In this document: positions 60,435 through 64,000 of the stretch, piece by piece
Layout of the letters: every line of letters begins with the position of its first letter
Numbering within the stretch: the first letter of the stretch is position 1
Assembly: GCA_903885665.1 (NCBI GenBank)
Contig: CAISJL010000117.1
Span: 78,607-142,606 of the forward strand
Direction: 5' to 3'
DNA: 64,000 bases
Source of the DNA: an uncultured beta proteobacterium
GTDB taxonomy: Bacteria > Pseudomonadota > Gammaproteobacteria > Burkholderiales > SG8-41
Translations under genes and position numbers: made by a program
The notes under the pieces: model-generated
What the model was told of the DNA's origin: nothing
The model's input: only the letters and a program-made list of their open reading frames with translations
The model's database searches: none

Positions 60435-61529
60435 ATGTCACTCAAATGCGGAATTGTTGGTCTGCCCAATGTTGGAAAATCAACCTTGTTTAATGCGCTG
60501 ACCAAAGCAGGAATTGCAGCGGAGAATTATCCATTTTGTACCATTGAGCCAAACGTGGGGATTGTGGAAGTGCCTGATCCAAGACTAACGGTATTGAATG
60601 ACTTACAAAAACCAGAGCGGGTATTGCCGGCGACAGTGGAGTTTGTGGACATTGCAGGCTTGGTGGCGGGAGCATCTAAAGGTGAGGGTTTAGGCAACCA
60701 ATTTCTCGCTAATATTCGAGAAACCGATGCAATCGCCCATGTGGTGCGTTGCTTTGAAGATGAGAATGTGGTGCATGTTGCTGGAAAGATTGATCCGCTA
60801 GACGATATCGAAACGATCAATACCGAATTAGCGCTTGCTGATTTAAGTGCCGTAGAGCGGCATTTAGCTAAAAATGTAAAGCTGGCGCGATCAGGTGGTG
60901 ATAAAGAGGCCGCACGTCTGGTGGCGGTGTTAGAGAAGTGTCAGACGGTATTGAATGAGGCGCGTCCTGTGCGTGCGCTAGATTTAGATCCAGAGGAGCG
61001 CGCGCTATTAAAACCATTATGTTTGATTACCGCTAAACCCACCATGTATGTGGCTAATGTGCGTGAAGATGGTTTTGAAAACAACCCTCACCTAGATGCA
61101 GTACGTAATCTGGCGATACGAGAACAGTCGCCGGTGGTGGCGGTATGCGCGGCGATTGAAGCCGAAATCGGCGAGATGAGTGCTGAGGATGCCGCTGTAT
61201 TCTTGGCTGATTTGGGCATGCAAGAGCCAGGCTTGAATCGGGTGATTAGTGCAGGCTACACATTATTAGGGCTGCATACATATTTTACGGTAGGGCCGAA
61301 AGAAGTTCGTGCCTGGACCATCCACCAAGGGGACTCTGCGCCACGTGCAGCAGCAGCAATTCATACCGACTTTGAAAAAGGATTTATTCGCGCTGAAGTG
61401 ATTGCCTACGAGGATTATATTGCGTGTAAAGGCGAGCAAGGCGCGAAAGAGGCAGGGAAAATGCGTCTAGAGGGCAAAGAGTATATTGTGAAGGACGGTG
61501 ACGTGATGCATTTTCGATTTAATGTGTAA
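60435..61529 (+). CDS. ychF: redox-regulated ATPase YchF
   Basis: 364 aa with [12 protein letters not shown], a C-terminal TGS domain and the ending [11 protein letters not shown]. Confidence 0.97.
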   Translation: MSLKCGIVGLPNVGKSTLFNALTKAGIAAENYPFCTIEPNVGIVEVPDPRLTVLNDLQKPERVLPATVEFVDIAGLVAGASKGEGLGNQFLANIRETDAIAHVVRCFEDENVVHVAGKIDPLDDIETINTELALADLSAVERHLAKNVKLARSGGDKEAARLVAVLEKCQTVLNEARPVRALDLDPEERALLKPLCLITAKPTMYVANVREDGFENNPHLDAVRNLAIREQSPVVAVCAAIEAEIGEMSAEDAAVFLADLGMQEPGLNRVISAGYTLLGLHTYFTVGPKEVRAWTIHQGDSAPRAAAAIHTDFEKGFIRAEVIAYEDYIACKGEQGAKEAGKMRLEGKEYIVKDGDVMHFRFNV

Positions 61530-61672
61530 GTCATCCATGCTGATGTAGTGTATAAATCAGTGATAGGCAAGGTTTTTTTAGTTTAATCCAGTTTAGGCCA
61601 GACTCAATAATAAAACAGTACAGGCTTCTAATTTAAACGGGTCTGGCGAACTCAGGTATTGGGAGGTTTAGC

Positions 61673-62449
61673 GTGAGTGATTTAATCTTAACCCGTGTAG
61701 AAGATCGCGGTGCTGAAGGGCGAATTGCCTATATCACGGTGAATAATCCGGCGCGCCGTAATACCTTGGGTATGGCAGGTAAGCGGGCAATAGCTGCGAC
61801 ATTTAATGAGCTCGCGCAAGATGAAAAAATGCGGGTTGCAGTGATTACAGGTGCAGGTGATAAATCATTTATTGCCGGCGCAGATATTCATGAAATGAAG
61901 GATTTAACACCTGAGGAGGCAGAGGTTGAACACACCCTAACCCATGTCGCTAATCAGTCGATCAGAAACTTTCCGGTGCCAGTGATTGCACGCATTAATG
62001 GTTATTGTTTAGGTTTCGGAATGGAGCTTGCTGCTGCTTGCGATTTGCGAGTTGGTATTACCACTGCAAAATTTGGAATGCCAGAGGTGCGTGTGGGTAT
62101 TCCATCGGGCATGGAGGCGGTTTTGTTACCTAAATTAATTGGATGGGGTAAGGCTGCAGAGTTAATATACACGGGTGATGTGATCGATGCCGCAGAAGCT
62201 TATCGAATTGGTTACTTACAAAAACTAGCGACCGCCGAGCAATTGGATGCTGCTGTCGAGAAATGGGTAAGCTCTATATTGCTAGGCGGACAACGGGTGA
62301 TGCGGTTACAAAAGACTTTGATCAATGATTGGGAGCGGATGTCGGTGACTGATGGCATTTGGGCAGGTATTCGCGCTTGTGTGGAGTCGCGTCGCACAGA
62401 TGAGCCTAAAAGAATGATGCAGGCATTTATTGATCGTAAGAAGAAATAA
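61673..62449 (+). CDS. enoyl-CoA hydratase/isomerase (crotonase) family protein
   Basis: 258 aa from a GTG start, with VITGAGDKSFIAGADI and NGYCLGFGMELAAACD. Confidence 0.85.
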   Translation: MSDLILTRVEDRGAEGRIAYITVNNPARRNTLGMAGKRAIAATFNELAQDEKMRVAVITGAGDKSFIAGADIHEMKDLTPEEAEVEHTLTHVANQSIRNFPVPVIARINGYCLGFGMELAAACDLRVGITTAKFGMPEVRVGIPSGMEAVLLPKLIGWGKAAELIYTGDVIDAAEAYRIGYLQKLATAEQLDAAVEKWVSSILLGGQRVMRLQKTLINDWERMSVTDGIWAGIRACVESRRTDEPKRMMQAFIDRKKK

Positions 62450-62532
62450 TCTCAGGCAAAACGTTCATAAATCATGGCGAACGCTATCGAATTGCAATCC
62501 ACAACACATAGAAAGCAATTGGGGGTAGATAT

Positions 62533-63534
62533 ATGTTTAGTTTACAAGGGACGCAAAATTCACTAATAGCTGTCGTATATGTGCTGCTGTGTAGTGCGGC
62601 AATCGCAGCACCAGATGATTCAACAAAGCATCCACCGCAGTACCCATCAAAGCCAGTACGATTGATTGTGCCGTTTGCGCCTGGGGCGGCTCAAGACATA
62701 ACTGGTCGATTGGTCGCACAACGACTCTCTGAATTATGGTCACAACAGGTGATTGTGGATAACCGGCCTGGTGCAGGCTCAAGCATTGGTTCCCAGATTG
62801 TGGCGCGAGCAGCACCGGATGGGTTTACTTTACTGTTAGGGAATGAAGCGCTTGCCATTAATCCCTATTTGGGCACTAAGGTTACGTTTGATCCTACGCG
62901 TGATTTGACACCAGTGAGTCTTATTCTCATTAATCCACGTCTGTTTGTGGTGCATCCAGGCTTTGCAGGTGATTCCATCAAAGAGGTTATTGCGCTTGCA
63001 AAAGCTAAGCCTAACTCACTAAGCTATGGTTCATCAGGTATTGGTACGGGAGGACATTTAGCCGGTGCATTATTAGCGATAATGTCGGGGACTGAAATGA
63101 CCCATGTACCTTATAAAGGGGCGGCACCGGCTATGACTGATGTGGTCGCACGTCAAATCCAATTAGTTGCAGCAACGATTATGAGTGCGATACCATTTTT
63201 GAATGGGGGTCGATTGCGACCGATTGCGGTGACTTCTGCAATGCGTAGCAGTGTGTTGCCGGCAGTGCCTACGGTAGCGGAGAGTGGATTGCCAGGCTAC
63301 GAGGCCATTGCATGGTCGATGCTGTTAGCACCTGCAAAAACGCCTGTGAGTATTGTTGGCAAGGTGCATGCAGATACGGCACGATTTTTGGATAGATCAG
63401 ATGTAAAAGCGCGCCTAGTCAATGAGGGAGCAGAGAGCGCTGGTTGGGATCCTAAAAAATCCAGAAATTATTTTGCGGTAGAAGTGGCACGTTGGTCTAA
63501 GGTTGCTCGCGATGCTGGTGTCAAAGCCGAATAA
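62533..63534 (+). CDS. Bug-family (TctC-like) substrate-binding protein
   Basis: 333 aa with a signal peptide and the blocks RPGAGSSIGSQ, SSGIGTGGHLAG and HVPYKGAAPA. Paralogous to the ORF at 9787. Confidence 0.88.
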   Translation: MFSLQGTQNSLIAVVYVLLCSAAIAAPDDSTKHPPQYPSKPVRLIVPFAPGAAQDITGRLVAQRLSELWSQQVIVDNRPGAGSSIGSQIVARAAPDGFTLLLGNEALAINPYLGTKVTFDPTRDLTPVSLILINPRLFVVHPGFAGDSIKEVIALAKAKPNSLSYGSSGIGTGGHLAGALLAIMSGTEMTHVPYKGAAPAMTDVVARQIQLVAATIMSAIPFLNGGRLRPIAVTSAMRSSVLPAVPTVAESGLPGYEAIAWSMLLAPAKTPVSIVGKVHADTARFLDRSDVKARLVNEGAESAGWDPKKSRNYFAVEVARWSKVARDAGVKAE

Positions 63535-63569
63535 TTAAGAGTTTAAAATTCAGTGCCAAGGGTGTAACG

Positions 63570-64000
63570 ATGTTGTTAGCTTGCATTGCTGATGATTTTA
63601 CTGGCGCAACCGACCTTGCAAACAATCTCGTGCGTGCAGGATTACGTACTCTGCAAACGATTGGAGTGCCGGTTGATGTGTCTGCGGCGCTGGCAATAGC
63701 GCAATACGATGCCATCGTTGTGGCCTTAAAGACACGCACGATCCCAGTGCAAGATGCCATCGATCAATCGCTAGCAGCCCTGACGTGGTTGCAGCGTTGC
63801 GGTGCAACTCAAATTTATTTTAAATACTGCTCAACCTTTGATTCCACACCAGCGGGAAATATCGGACCGGTGACGGAAGCGTTGATGGATGCTCTAGATT
63901 GTGACTTCACGATTGCATGCCCAGCATTTCCAGAAAATGGTAGAAGTGTTTTTAGAGGCTATTTGTTTGTGGGGGATCAGCTGCTGAGCGAGTCTGGTAT
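63570..64000 (+). CDS. four-carbon acid sugar kinase family protein (DUF1537; OtnK/DtnK-like), N-terminal ~143 codons, truncated by window end
   Basis: My translation from ATG 63570 is MLLACIADDFTGATDLANNLVRAGLRT...IYFKYCSTFDST...GNIGPV. ADDFTGA and KYCSTFDS are the family's N-terminal signatures. Confidence 0.8.
   Translation, partial: MLLACIADDFTGATDLANNLVRAGLRTLQTIGVPVDVSAALAIAQYDAIVVALKTRTIPVQDAIDQSLAALTWLQRCGATQIYFKYCSTFDSTPAGNIGPVTEALMDALDCDFTIACPAFPENGRSVFRGYLFVGDQLLSESG

Overview
This window reads as a conserved core-chromosome segment of a Burkholderiales-type betaproteobacterium. That placement is an inference from three things: two Bug/TctC-family solute-binding proteins, the layout of the aa3 cytochrome oxidase cluster, and the lolB-ispE-tRNA(Gln)-prs-rplY-pth-ychF gene order. 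GC looks mid-range by eye and was not computed. Coding density is high and almost every ORF carries recognisable family motifs.

Gene content in order:
- leuS (partial), uvrD, thrB, DUF2782, polA
- dac-dat-ybeD-lipB-lipA
- argB, a HAD nucleotidase, slmA
- moeB, ctp, envC, gpmI, facing rhodanese-grxC-secB-gpsA
- trmL, comF
- a Pseudomonas-like bioBFHCD operon
- a 12-gene aa3 oxidase structural and assembly cluster
- rpoH, ftsXEY, an M16 peptidase pair, rsmD-coaD-yfhL, mutM
- a GldA/F/G-like ABC module
- a TPR lipoprotein with lolB and ispE, tRNA-Gln, prs-rplY-pth-ychF
- the start of an acid-sugar-type catabolic locus (crotonase, Bug protein, DUF1537 kinase), cut by the window end

I saw no integrase, transposase, reverse transcriptase, cas genes, CRISPR array, toxin-antitoxin pair or defence-type ATPase/nuclease pairing. 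I therefore do not claim a novel system here.

The observations worth a second look are modest:
- a divergent SCO-like CxxxC...H membrane protein and several micro-proteins inside the cox cluster
- an orphan secreted-protein gene lying antisense between ybeD and lipB
- a Leu-run micro-ORF within a triplet repeat upstream of leuS
- an uncharacterised GldG-type ABC module with a repeat-laden upstream spacer
- short degenerate tandem repeats (9-15 bp units) recurring in several intergenic spacers, including one abutting the bioB ribosome-binding site
- an orphan promoter plus hairpin between bioD and coxB

All family names come from motif recognition and memory. No database search was run.
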